DNA of 49,672 nt. Source: an uncultured Chloroflexia bacterium. GTDB lineage: Bacteria > Chloroflexota > Limnocylindria > Limnocylindrales > CSP1-4. The notes beneath the pieces are model-generated. The model was not told the origin of the DNA. It did not search any database and saw only the letters and a program-made list of their open reading frames with translations. This document shows, in pieces, positions 40,361 to 49,322 of the stretch. The stretch lies in the NCBI GenBank assembly GCA_963749705.1, contig CAVVNQ010000019.1:1-49672 (forward strand). The letters run 5' to 3'. A program made the position numbers and the translations under genes. The number at the start of each line of letters is the position of its first letter. The first letter of the stretch is position 1.

Positions 40361-43141
40361 ATGGCCACCAGCCCTGCCACGACCCCCGATCGTCCCCACA
40401 CCGCCGACAAGCGCTACATCTACGCCTGGGGCGGCGGCACCGCCGAAGGCCACGGGAAGATGAAGGACCTGCTGGGCGGCAAGGGCGCGGGCCTGGCGGA
40501 GATGACGCTGGCCGGTCTGCCCACCCCGCCCGGCTTCACCATCACCACCGAGGCGTGCAACGACTACTTCGCGGCCGGCAAGCAGCTGCCCGCGGGCCTG
40601 TGGGACGACGTCCTGGGCGCGATGAAGGAGGTCGAGCAGCGATCGGGCAAGGGGTTCGGCGATCCGAAGAACCCGCTGCTCGTCTCCGTCCGCTCGGGGG
40701 CCAAGTTCTCGATGCCGGGCATGATGGACACGGTCCTCAACCTCGGCCTCAACGAGCAGACGCTCCAGGGCCTGGTCGCCCTCACCGGCAACGAGCGCTT
40801 CGGCTGGGATGCGTACCGGCGGTTCATCGCGATGTTCGGGCGGATCGTGATGGGCGTCGACGGCGCCCGGTTCGACGAGCCGCTCGAGGCGGCCAAGGAG
40901 CGCCACGGTCACGACGCGAAGGACACCGACCTGACCGTCGACGACCTCAAGGGCCTGGTCGAGGCATACAAGGGGGTCGTCCGCGAGGACACCGGCCGCG
41001 ACTTCCCGACCGACCCGTACGAGCAGCTGGACCTGGCCATCAAGGCCGTGTTCGCCTCGTGGTTCGGCAAGCGCGCCAACGACTACCGCAACAGCCAGAA
41101 GATCGCCCACGACCTGGGCACCGCGGTCAACGTCGTGACCATGGTGTTCGGCAACATGGGCGACGACTCGGGCACCGGCGTGGCGTTCACCCGCGACCCC
41201 AACACCGGCGAGAAGGTGCTCTATGGCGAGTACCTGACCAATGCCCAGGGCGAGGATGTCGTGGCCGGCATCCGGACCGCGCCCAAGATCGCGCAGATGG
41301 CCGACGAGATGCCGGCCGTGTACGCGGAGTTCCAGCGCATCGGCCAGCAGCTCGAGCAGCACTACCGCAACGTGCAGGACCTCGAGTTCACGATCGAGAA
41401 GGGCCGCCTGTACATGCTCCAGACCCGCGACGCGAAGCGAACCGCCGCGGCGGCCGTGAAGATCGCGGTGGACATGGTCGGCGAGGGCCTGATCTCGAAG
41501 GAGGAGGCCGTCTCGCGGATCGAGCCCGCCCAGGTGGACCAGCTCCTGCGCGCCCAGTTCGACCCCGGTGCCCGCCAGGGCGCGAAGCGGATCGCCAAGG
41601 GCCTCAACGCATCGCCGGGCGCGGCCGTCGGTCGCGCGGTGTTCAACGCGGACGCCGCGGTCGAGTGGGCTGCCCGGGGCGAGAAGGTCGTCCTGGTGCG
41701 GATCGAGACGTCGCCCGACGACTTCCACGGGATGGCCGTCGCCGAGGGCATCCTGACCGCCCGCGGCGGAGCGACCTCGCACGCCGCGGTCGTCGCCCGC
41801 CAGATCGGCAAGCCGTGCGTGGCCGGCTGCGCGGAGCTGGTCGTGGACTACGGCAGCAGCTCGGCGCGCAGCAACCTGTCCGACCTCGCGTTCAAGGAGG
41901 GTGACTGGATCAGCGTCGACGGCTCGACCGGCGAGGTGTTCCTCGATGCGCTGCCGACGGTCGCGGCCAGGTTCGAGGACCAGCCGGAGCTCCAGCAGGT
42001 CCTCGGCTGGGCCGACGGGATCCGGCGCATGGGCGTGTGGGCCAACGCCGACAAGCCCGAGGAGGCCGCCCAGGCGCTGGGCTACGGTGCCCAGGGCATC
42101 GGGCTGTGCCGCACCGAGCACATGTTCCGCGAGGGCGAGCGCCTGGAGATCGTGCGCGGCGCCATCCTCGTGGCCAACGTCGCCACCCGGGCCAAGGCCA
42201 AGGCCGCGGCCGGCGGTTCCCTCGAGGCGGACGAGCAGGCCGCGGTCGCGACGTTCGACGCGGCGATGGCCAAGCTCGAGACGCTCCAGCAGGGCGACTT
42301 CGAGGGCATCTTCAAGGCGATGGACGGCCTGCCGGTCGTCGTTCGCCTGATCGACCCGCCCCTCCACGAGTTCCTGCCCAACCTCGAGGAGCAGCTGGTC
42401 AAGGTGACCCGCGCGGAGGAGCACGGCGGCGCGTCCGACGAGGACAAGGAGCTGCTCGCGACCATCAAGTCGATGCACGAGCAGAACCCGATGCTGGGGC
42501 TCCGCGGCTGCCGGCTGGGGCTGATGATCCCGGACTTCGTCAAGATCCAGACCCGCGCGATCCTCAACGCGCAGATCGCCGTGCGCAAGGCGGGTGGCCA
42601 CCCGATCGCCAAGATCATGATCCCGCTCGTGGGCCACGTGAACGAGCTGTCCGCGACCCGGGCGCTGCTCGAGGCGGAGGCCGAGGCGGTCCGCGAGGCG
42701 GCCGGCGGCATCGAGGTCGACTACAAGTTCGGGACCATGATCGAGGTCCCGCGCGGAGCGCTCACGGCGGACGAGATCGCGAAGCACGCCAGCTTCTTCA
42801 GCTTCGGCACCAACGACCTCACCCAGATGACGTTCGGGTACAGCCGGGATGACGCCGAGGGTGGCTTCCTGCTCAAGTACGTCGAGGACGGCATCCTGCC
42901 GGTCAACCCGTTCCAGACCCTGGACGACGCGGTGGCCGGGCTGATGAAGATCGCCGTCGACAAGGGTCGCAGCGCGCGGCCGGACATCGAGCTCGGCATC
43001 TGCGGCGAGCACGGCGGCGACCCCGAGTCGATCCACAAGTGCGAGCGGATCGGGCTGGACTACGTGTCCTGCTCACCGTTCCGGGTCCCGGTCGCCCGGC
43101 TGGCTGCCGCCCAGGCAGCCCTCGCCGCTCGCCAGGGCTGA
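40361..43141 (+). CDS. ppdK: Pyruvate, phosphate dikinase
   Basis: ATG after AAGGAG; LLGGKGAGLAEM, PLLVSVRSGA..SMPGMMDT, GGATSHAAVVAR, GLCRTEHMF, SFGTNDLTQ, GICGEHGGDP. Confidence 0.98.
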   Translation: MATSPATTPDRPHTADKRYIYAWGGGTAEGHGKMKDLLGGKGAGLAEMTLAGLPTPPGFTITTEACNDYFAAGKQLPAGLWDDVLGAMKEVEQRSGKGFGDPKNPLLVSVRSGAKFSMPGMMDTVLNLGLNEQTLQGLVALTGNERFGWDAYRRFIAMFGRIVMGVDGARFDEPLEAAKERHGHDAKDTDLTVDDLKGLVEAYKGVVREDTGRDFPTDPYEQLDLAIKAVFASWFGKRANDYRNSQKIAHDLGTAVNVVTMVFGNMGDDSGTGVAFTRDPNTGEKVLYGEYLTNAQGEDVVAGIRTAPKIAQMADEMPAVYAEFQRIGQQLEQHYRNVQDLEFTIEKGRLYMLQTRDAKRTAAAAVKIAVDMVGEGLISKEEAVSRIEPAQVDQLLRAQFDPGARQGAKRIAKGLNASPGAAVGRAVFNADAAVEWAARGEKVVLVRIETSPDDFHGMAVAEGILTARGGATSHAAVVARQIGKPCVAGCAELVVDYGSSSARSNLSDLAFKEGDWISVDGSTGEVFLDALPTVAARFEDQPELQQVLGWADGIRRMGVWANADKPEEAAQALGYGAQGIGLCRTEHMFREGERLEIVRGAILVANVATRAKAKAAAGGSLEADEQAAVATFDAAMAKLETLQQGDFEGIFKAMDGLPVVVRLIDPPLHEFLPNLEEQLVKVTRAEEHGGASDEDKELLATIKSMHEQNPMLGLRGCRLGLMIPDFVKIQTRAILNAQIAVRKAGGHPIAKIMIPLVGHVNELSATRALLEAEAEAVREAAGGIEVDYKFGTMIEVPRGALTADEIAKHASFFSFGTNDLTQMTFGYSRDDAEGGFLLKYVEDGILPVNPFQTLDDAVAGLMKIAVDKGRSARPDIELGICGEHGGDPESIHKCERIGLDYVSCSPFRVPVARLAAAQAALAARQG

Positions 43142-43171
43142 CGCGGAACCCATCGAGGCGCCAGATCGCAC

Positions 43172-43201
43172 GAAGCCCGGTGGAGCGATCCACCGGGCTT
43201 C
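43172..43201. terminator. Hairpin terminator between convergent ppdK and downstream gene
   Basis: gaagcccggtgga-GCGA-tccaccgggcttc, perfect 13-bp stem with GNRA loop, pyrimidine-rich tail. Confidence 0.8.
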
Positions 43202-43249
43202 CTCGTCTCCTGGCCCGGGCGCCGCACGACCGTCGTGCCTCCCCCGGTC

Positions 43250-44665
43250 TCAGGGAGTCGGCGAGGAGAGGACCCAGTTGACGTTCCAGTCGATGGCGCT
43301 CACGAACACCTGGTCGCGCAGCGACGTGCCGGGCGGGGTCGTGGCCGCCGCGACCGGGTCCATGCCGGACGGCAGCCGGTACAGCAGGTCGAACAGCTGC
43401 TTGGCGAACGCCGCGTCGACGACGAACCGCCGCGTCTCCGATCCATCGGCCGTGTCCACGACCGCGTACACGTAGCCGGGCGGGTTCGCGAGCAGCGGGC
43501 CGAGATCGATCACCGCCCGCTCCGTCGCGCCCTCCTCGCCGACCACCAGCTGGCGCCACGGGAAGTCACGCTGCGCCGCGAGGACGACCGGCAGCGTGTT
43601 CGCGGTGCTGAGCAGCCTTGTGCTGGCGATGCCGGCACCCGAGTACGGGTTCTGGAGCTCGGTCACGATCGTGCGCACGGTGTCCTTGGCCGCGTCGCGG
43701 CAGGATGCGTCGTTGGTGGGACAGCGGATCTCGAGGCCGTTGCCCAGCTGGACCTTGTCGCCGGTGATCGAGAGCGTGAAGTCACCGAGCTCGAGCGGCT
43801 TGGGGCTCGGCGACGGGGTGACCGCAGCCTCGGACGATGTCGCGGACGCCGACGGTGCCTCGGTCGGAGCCCCCGCCGTCGGTGATGCGGTCGCCTGGGC
43901 GATCGGCGACGGGGTCGCGTCCGGCTTGAACGGGCCGGCGCCGAACGCGTACGCGGCCCCGCCAAGCAGGACCGCCGCAAGCACGAGGCCACCGAGCGGC
44001 GGCAGCCAACCGGGCAGCATGGCCCGCTGGCTGAGCGTCGCGCGCAGCCGGATGGGCGCCTGTCGACCGGGTTCCACGATCACCTGGAACGGCCGTGGTC
44101 GCGCGGAGCCGAACGGGAACGGATCGTCGACCCGGACGTCGACGCCGAAGGCAGCCCGCTCCTCAGGGGGGATCACCACGCGGGCCGGCGTCACGGCGAG
44201 CGACAATCGCCGGTCCGGATCGACCGCGGTGACGGCGACCTCGACGGGCGCGTTGCCATGGTTGTCCACCAGCACCTGGTGGTGACCGCGGCGGCTGCCG
44301 CGCGAGGTCTGCGGCGCGACATCGGCCGCGGTGACCGTGAACGGCGTGACCGTCACCCGCCCTTCCTCGACCGTCGACCCACGCGGATCGGCGGCCGGGC
44401 GGACGCGGACGCCAAACGGGAAGGTGCCGGCACGCGGGACGCTCGCCCGCGGCGGTGCGAACACGATCGACGCGGTCTCCTCGGCGCCCGGGAACAGGGA
44501 CAGCGCCCGCGGCTCGACCCGCGCCCAGCCGGCGGCGGGGCCGACGACGTCGATGTCGAAGCGATCGACGATCGACCCGGTGTTGCGGACCCGGATCGTC
44601 GCGGTCGCCTGCGACCCGGGATCGACCGAGAGCTCGGTGGCGGAGAGGGTGGCGATCGCGCTCAT
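43250..44665 (-). CDS. Bitopic membrane protein with two N-terminal Ig-like (COG1470/NEW3-like) domains; resembles Streptomyces CIS-associated 'hydrolytic proteins'
   Basis: ATG 44665; SVDPGSQATATIRVRNTGSIVDRF...W.RVEP..LSLFPG...FAPPR...AG..PF.VRV.P...STVEEG.VTVTPF...VDNHGN...Q..MLP.W then TM, S/T/P linker, unknown C-terminal domain. Confidence 0.7.
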   Translation of the reverse strand: MSAIATLSATELSVDPGSQATATIRVRNTGSIVDRFDIDVVGPAAGWARVEPRALSLFPGAEETASIVFAPPRASVPRAGTFPFGVRVRPAADPRGSTVEEGRVTVTPFTVTAADVAPQTSRGSRRGHHQVLVDNHGNAPVEVAVTAVDPDRRLSLAVTPARVVIPPEERAAFGVDVRVDDPFPFGSARPRPFQVIVEPGRQAPIRLRATLSQRAMLPGWLPPLGGLVLAAVLLGGAAYAFGAGPFKPDATPSPIAQATASPTAGAPTEAPSASATSSEAAVTPSPSPKPLELGDFTLSITGDKVQLGNGLEIRCPTNDASCRDAAKDTVRTIVTELQNPYSGAGIASTRLLSTANTLPVVLAAQRDFPWRQLVVGEEGATERAVIDLGPLLANPPGYVYAVVDTADGSETRRFVVDAAFAKQLFDLLYRLPSGMDPVAAATTPPGTSLRDQVFVSAIDWNVNWVLSSPTP

Positions 44666-44672
44666 CGGGCGC

Positions 44673-44753
44673 AGTCTAATCGGCGCGGCACCTCGAGCGG
44701 AACCCATCTGTCGATGATCGGACAGCGTGCCCCTTGGCGGCCACCGCTAGACT
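44673..44753. promoter_or_regulatory. Divergent promoter pair with central imperfect palindrome
   Basis: TAGACT on minus (44673-44678) and plus (44748-44753); CTGTC-gatgatcg-GACAG at 44708-44725. Confidence 0.55.
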
Positions 44754-44799
44754 GGCGAGCCGGAACACCGGATGGCGCACGGCTGGAGGTAGGGCACGC

Positions 44800-46212
44800 G
44801 TGATCATCTGCAAGGTCTGCGGAACCCAGAACGAGGCGGGGGCCAGCTTCTGTGGATCGTGCGGGAGCTATCTCGAGTGGAGCGGCGAGGCCTACGACCC
44901 GGACGGGTCCGCCAAGTCGACCCCGGAGCCGCCGGCCGGGACGGCCCCCGGGCAGCCTGCGGGGACGGCCCCCGGGCAGTCGGCCGCGACCCCTCCCACC
45001 CCGGCGGGACCGTCGGCGCCGCCCGCGGTCGACCCGACGCCCCCGTCGGCCGCCGCCGGCTCGATCGTGTGCCCCAACTGCGGTGAGGCGAACGACCCGA
45101 CCCGGGTCTTCTGCCGCCGATGCGCGACCGAGCTGGCCCCTCCTTCTGCCGTGGTCGCGCCGGTGGTGGCCGGTCCGCCGCGCCGGCGGTCTGGTCCGCC
45201 CATCGCCATCCTCGGCGGCGTCGCGGCCATCGCCGTGGTGGCGGTCGTCGCCGCCCTGATCGTCCTGCCTCGGGGCACGCCGACGGCGTCGTCGTCGACC
45301 GGGACGAGCGCCCCCTCCACATCGGCGTCGGGTGCACCCGCGGCAAGCGCCGACGGGAGCCCGGTGACGCCCTCGGATTCACCCGTCGCCGCGTCTCCGA
45401 CACCGGCGGCGCCGACCGGGGTGATCGTGTTCTCGGCCGGCAACGACGGCGAGTACAACCTGTTCACCTGGGACGCGGCCACCGGGGAGGTGTCACCGCT
45501 GTTCGAAGCGCCCGGGACCCTGATCGATCCATCGTGGTCGCCGGACCGCTCGAAGGTGGTCTATCGCGACCCGTCCGGGCTGCGCATCATCACGGCCGAT
45601 GGCAAGCCCGCGAGCCCGCCGGACTTCACCCATCACGCGCAGGATCGGCACCCCGCCTGGTCCCCGGACGGGAAGACGATCGTGTTCGCGACCAACCGGT
45701 CGCCGCTGACCAGCCTCGACATCTATGCGCGTCCGGCCGATGACAACCAGGTCACGATCAGGTCGCTGGCCAACAGCAAGGGGGATGACTGGGATCCGGC
45801 CTGGTCGCCCGACAGCACCCGGATCGTGTTCGCGACGCGCCGCCTGGGTGACGCCCGCCTGTTCATGATGAACGCCGATGGCAGCAACGAGAAGGTCATC
45901 GACCTGGGTCCGGGGATCTACGACGATCCGACGATCTCGCCCGACGGACAGTGGCTGGCGTTCACCCGGCGCGACAACAAGAACGCCAACAAGGCGCTGT
46001 ACATCGCGCATCTCGACGGGTCGGCGATGCGTCGGATGACGAACGTCGACGTCAACGAGAACGACATGAGCTGGTCGCCCGACGGCCGGTACCTCGCCGT
46101 GGTTCGCGGCAACGCGGGATCGCGGATCGTGGTGATCGAGGTGGCGACCGGCACCGAGGTGACCAGCTTCGGCATCAACGGGGCCACGGTGTACACGCCG
46201 GACTGGCGTTGA
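44800..46212 (+). CDS. Double zinc-ribbon, single-TM protein with extracytoplasmic TolB/PD40 beta-propeller (CisA-like architecture)
   Basis: GTG after GGAGGT; CKVCGTQN...FCGSCGSYLEW, CPNCGEAN...FCRRCATEL, TM IAILGGVAAIAVVAVVAALIVL, repeated P.WSPDG. Confidence 0.8.
   Translation: MIICKVCGTQNEAGASFCGSCGSYLEWSGEAYDPDGSAKSTPEPPAGTAPGQPAGTAPGQSAATPPTPAGPSAPPAVDPTPPSAAAGSIVCPNCGEANDPTRVFCRRCATELAPPSAVVAPVVAGPPRRRSGPPIAILGGVAAIAVVAVVAALIVLPRGTPTASSSTGTSAPSTSASGAPAASADGSPVTPSDSPVAASPTPAAPTGVIVFSAGNDGEYNLFTWDAATGEVSPLFEAPGTLIDPSWSPDRSKVVYRDPSGLRIITADGKPASPPDFTHHAQDRHPAWSPDGKTIVFATNRSPLTSLDIYARPADDNQVTIRSLANSKGDDWDPAWSPDSTRIVFATRRLGDARLFMMNADGSNEKVIDLGPGIYDDPTISPDGQWLAFTRRDNKNANKALYIAHLDGSAMRRMTNVDVNENDMSWSPDGRYLAVVRGNAGSRIVVIEVATGTEVTSFGINGATVYTPDWR
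44932..44979 (+). repeat. 24-bp in-frame duplication in linker
   Basis: Encodes PAGTAPGQ twice. Confidence 0.8.
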
Positions 46213-46343
46213 CGCACCGTACGATCGGGCTGGTCCGGATAGGGCAGATCGCCACCCTCCGAAGGGGTGGACCCGACCGCCTCCGGGTGGCAGGATAGGC
46301 GTCCGGCCCGCTGACGCGGCAACCGGCACGGGGAGGGCGGCGA

Positions 46344-49322
46344 TTGCGAGAGCCAGGCGCGGGCACGCGTGCCGAGCGTGAACGTGGAGGCGAAGCTCGG
46401 CCGCTCGTCGTCCCGGCGAAGATCCGGGTTCCGACGCCCCAGGCGCTGGCGCGCGAACGCCTTGAGGCACGATTGGCCGAGGCGCCCAACCGACGCCTGA
46501 CGCTCGTGATCGCGCCGGCCGGCTCGGGCAAGACGACCCTCGTCGCGCGCTTCGCCGCAACGTGCGGCATCCCGGTGGGCTGGTACCGGGCGGAGGCCCT
46601 GGACGCCGACGAGGCCTCGTTCGTCCGCCACGTGGAAGCCGCGCTCGCGGCCGTGATCCCCGGCCTGCCGGGTGGTTGGTCGAGCATCGACGAGGCCGCG
46701 CGCAGCCTCGAGGCGTGCGCCCCGTCCGGCCGCACGCTGCTCGTGATCGACGACTTCTACGCGCTCGAGGACACGGTCGCGGAAGCCGCGTTCGGCCGCC
46801 TTGTCGGCTATGCGCCGCCGTGGCTGTCGATCATCGTCGCCTCGAGGGTGGCGCCCGGCGTGAACCTGACCCGGCTCCGGGTCGCGGGCGAGCTGCTGGA
46901 GCTCGGCGCCGACGACCTGCGGTTCCGTGCGTGGGAGGTGGAGCAGCTGTTCCGCGACGTCTACCACGACCCGGTGCTGCCGGGCGATCTCGCGGTGCTG
47001 GCACGGCGGACGGAGGGCTGGGCCGCGGGGCTCCAGCTGTACCACCTGGCCACGCGGGGAAAGTCGGTCGAGGAGCGGCGCCGGGTCCTGACCGGGGCCG
47101 GCTCGAGCGTCCGCCTCGTCCGCGAGTACCTGGCCAGCAACGTGCTCTCCGGGCTGCCGGAGGACCTTCGGACGTTCCTGCTCGACACGTGCGTGCTCGG
47201 CCGCCTGTCAGGCCCGCTGTGCGACACGCTCCGCGGCAGCCGCGGCAGTGCCGCGATGCTCGAGGAGCTCGCACGTCGCGGCGTGTTCACCGTGCCCGTC
47301 GAGGACGAGGACGACGCCTACCGCTATCACGCGGTGCTGCGGCAGTACCTGGACCGGATCCTCGTCGACGAGGTCGGCGAGGCGAGCGCCCGGGACCGGC
47401 ACGCGGCCGCCGGCCGGCTGCTCGAGGACGCGGGCGCGCTCCCCGATGCCCTGCGCGCGTTCTGTCGCGCCGAGGACTGGGACGCCGTGCGACGCCTGCT
47501 GGGCGGGCAGGGCGAGCGCCTGGTGGCGAGCGACGGAGGATCATGGATCGAGGCGCTGCCGCCGGCGATCGAGCGCCATGACCCGTGGGTGGCGCTCGCG
47601 GCCGCGAGGCGTGCCCGCAACGACGGGCGCTGGACGGCGGCGATGGACGCCTACGCCCGCGCGGCCACGGGGTTCGGGGCCGCGCCGGCCGCGGACGTCG
47701 CGCGCCGGGAGCGGCGGGCGCTGGCCACCTGGCTCGACCCGGCGGCGATCCAGCCAGCGACCGTGGCCGGCCTGCTGCGCGGCGGGCTGACCCGGGAGCC
47801 CGCGGCCGCGGCCCGCGAGGCGTCCCGCCTGGACGACCGGGCCGTTCCCGTCGTTCGCGGCCTGCTTGCCCTGGCTGCCGGCGAGGTGCTGAGCGCTCGA
47901 CGGCAGCTCGTCGAGGCGGCGAGCTCCGGCGAGGCGGGCCCCATCCTCAGCGCGGGGGCGCGGCTGGGCGCCGCCGTGGCCGCGGCGCTTGCCGGCGACC
48001 GGGTCGATCCGCGCGAGATCGACCGGGCCGTCGATGAGGCAGAGCGAGCCGGCGTGCCATGGCTGGCGCGGCTCGGTCGCGCGATCGGAACCCAGCTCGG
48101 TGCCGAGCCTGATGACGCCGCCGCCGGGAACGGTCGATCCCCGCACGGCTCGATGGCGGACGATCCATGGGGTGCCGCCCTGGTCGCGCTCGCGGCGGCC
48201 TGGTCCGACGACGCCGATCCAGAGGAGCGCCTGCTGGCCGCGGACACCGCGTCGTCGGCATTCCGGCGGCTGGGCTCGGGCGTGCTCGAGGCGTGGGCCC
48301 GCGGCCTGGCTGCCGTTGCGTTCGCCGAGTCCGGCGCACCCGACGCGAAGGACAGCGCGCTGGCGGCGGAGAGCCTCGGACGGGCCACGGGCACGCCCGC
48401 CGCCCGGCTGCTCGCCTACGCGGCGATCGCGGGTGCGGATCCGGAGCGCCGGGCCGAGTTCGCGCTGCTCGCGGACACCCTGGCCTCGGACATCGGTCTG
48501 GTCGTCCAGCGCGTGGCGGCCCCCGGCGAGCATCTTCCGGCTGTCGACGCGGCCGATGGTGGTTCGGCCGGGACGCGCGCAGGCCCGGGCACGATCCGCG
48601 TCCGGGCGTTCGGCGGGTTCGGGCTGGAGGTGGACGGCCGCCGGGTCTCGCTCGACGGCGCCAAGCCGCGGGTTCGCGCGCTGCTGCGGCTGCTCGCCAT
48701 GCGCGGCGGCGCGCCGGTCCATCGCGACGTGATCCAGGAGGCGCTGTGGCCCGAGGCCGATGCAGCGGCCGGTTCGCGCAGCCTCCACGTGGCCGTGTCC
48801 GCCCTGCGGCGCCTGCTCGACGATGTCGCCGCGCCGTACGGTGGCCGGCTGGTGGCCCGCGACGGCGACGCCTACCGGCTCGATGTCCCGCCGGAGGAGA
48901 TCGACGTCCGCGCGTTCGATCGCGCGATCGCCGAGGGTCGCGCGGCCCGGGCCCGGAACCAGGGCTCCGCGGCTGCGTTCGGGCGCGCGCTCGAGCTCTA
49001 TGCGGGCGACCTGTTGCCCGAGGACGGTCCGGCCGATTGGGTACAGGACGACCGGGATCGATACCGGCTCCAGGTCCTCGAAGCCTGCCAGGCGCTGGCG
49101 GAGGAGGCGCTGCTCGGGGGCGACTACTCGGAGGCCGTTCGAGCGTGCAGGTTCGGTCTGGCCGTCGATCGCTATCAGGACGCCCTGTGGCGCGTGCTGA
49201 TCGAGGCCCGCGACCGGGCGGGCGATGCCGGCGCCGCTGCGCGTGACCGGCAGGACTATGCGCAGGTGCTCGAGGGCCTCGGGGTCAAGGGTCCCGCCGC
49301 GATCGCCTTCGGCACCAACTGA
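46344..49322 (+). CDS. MalT-like STAND ATPase fused to C-terminal winged-helix and BTAD (SARP-type) activator domain
   Basis: TTG after GGAGG; Walker A APAGSGKTT, Walker B LVIDDF, DLRF, TEGWAAGLQL, YRYHAVLR; C-terminal VRAFGGF.LEVDG, LWPE, SLHVAVSALRRLL, LELYAGDLL..W. Confidence 0.9.
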   Translation: MREPGAGTRAERERGGEARPLVVPAKIRVPTPQALARERLEARLAEAPNRRLTLVIAPAGSGKTTLVARFAATCGIPVGWYRAEALDADEASFVRHVEAALAAVIPGLPGGWSSIDEAARSLEACAPSGRTLLVIDDFYALEDTVAEAAFGRLVGYAPPWLSIIVASRVAPGVNLTRLRVAGELLELGADDLRFRAWEVEQLFRDVYHDPVLPGDLAVLARRTEGWAAGLQLYHLATRGKSVEERRRVLTGAGSSVRLVREYLASNVLSGLPEDLRTFLLDTCVLGRLSGPLCDTLRGSRGSAAMLEELARRGVFTVPVEDEDDAYRYHAVLRQYLDRILVDEVGEASARDRHAAAGRLLEDAGALPDALRAFCRAEDWDAVRRLLGGQGERLVASDGGSWIEALPPAIERHDPWVALAAARRARNDGRWTAAMDAYARAATGFGAAPAADVARRERRALATWLDPAAIQPATVAGLLRGGLTREPAAAAREASRLDDRAVPVVRGLLALAAGEVLSARRQLVEAASSGEAGPILSAGARLGAAVAAALAGDRVDPREIDRAVDEAERAGVPWLARLGRAIGTQLGAEPDDAAAGNGRSPHGSMADDPWGAALVALAAAWSDDADPEERLLAADTASSAFRRLGSGVLEAWARGLAAVAFAESGAPDAKDSALAAESLGRATGTPAARLLAYAAIAGADPERRAEFALLADTLASDIGLVVQRVAAPGEHLPAVDAADGGSAGTRAGPGTIRVRAFGGFGLEVDGRRVSLDGAKPRVRALLRLLAMRGGAPVHRDVIQEALWPEADAAAGSRSLHVAVSALRRLLDDVAAPYGGRLVARDGDAYRLDVPPEEIDVRAFDRAIAEGRAARARNQGSAAAFGRALELYAGDLLPEDGPADWVQDDRDRYRLQVLEACQALAEEALLGGDYSEAVRACRFGLAVDRYQDALWRVLIEARDRAGDAGAAARDRQDYAQVLEGLGVKGPAAIAFGTN

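Noticed and set aside
30527-43036. Very long antisense ORFs (e.g. 30527-33595, 36143-38860, 40343-43036; likewise 1192-3192 and 13788-15869)
   Set aside because: Shadow frames of well-supported genes in a stop-poor high-GC genome, with no recognisable motifs
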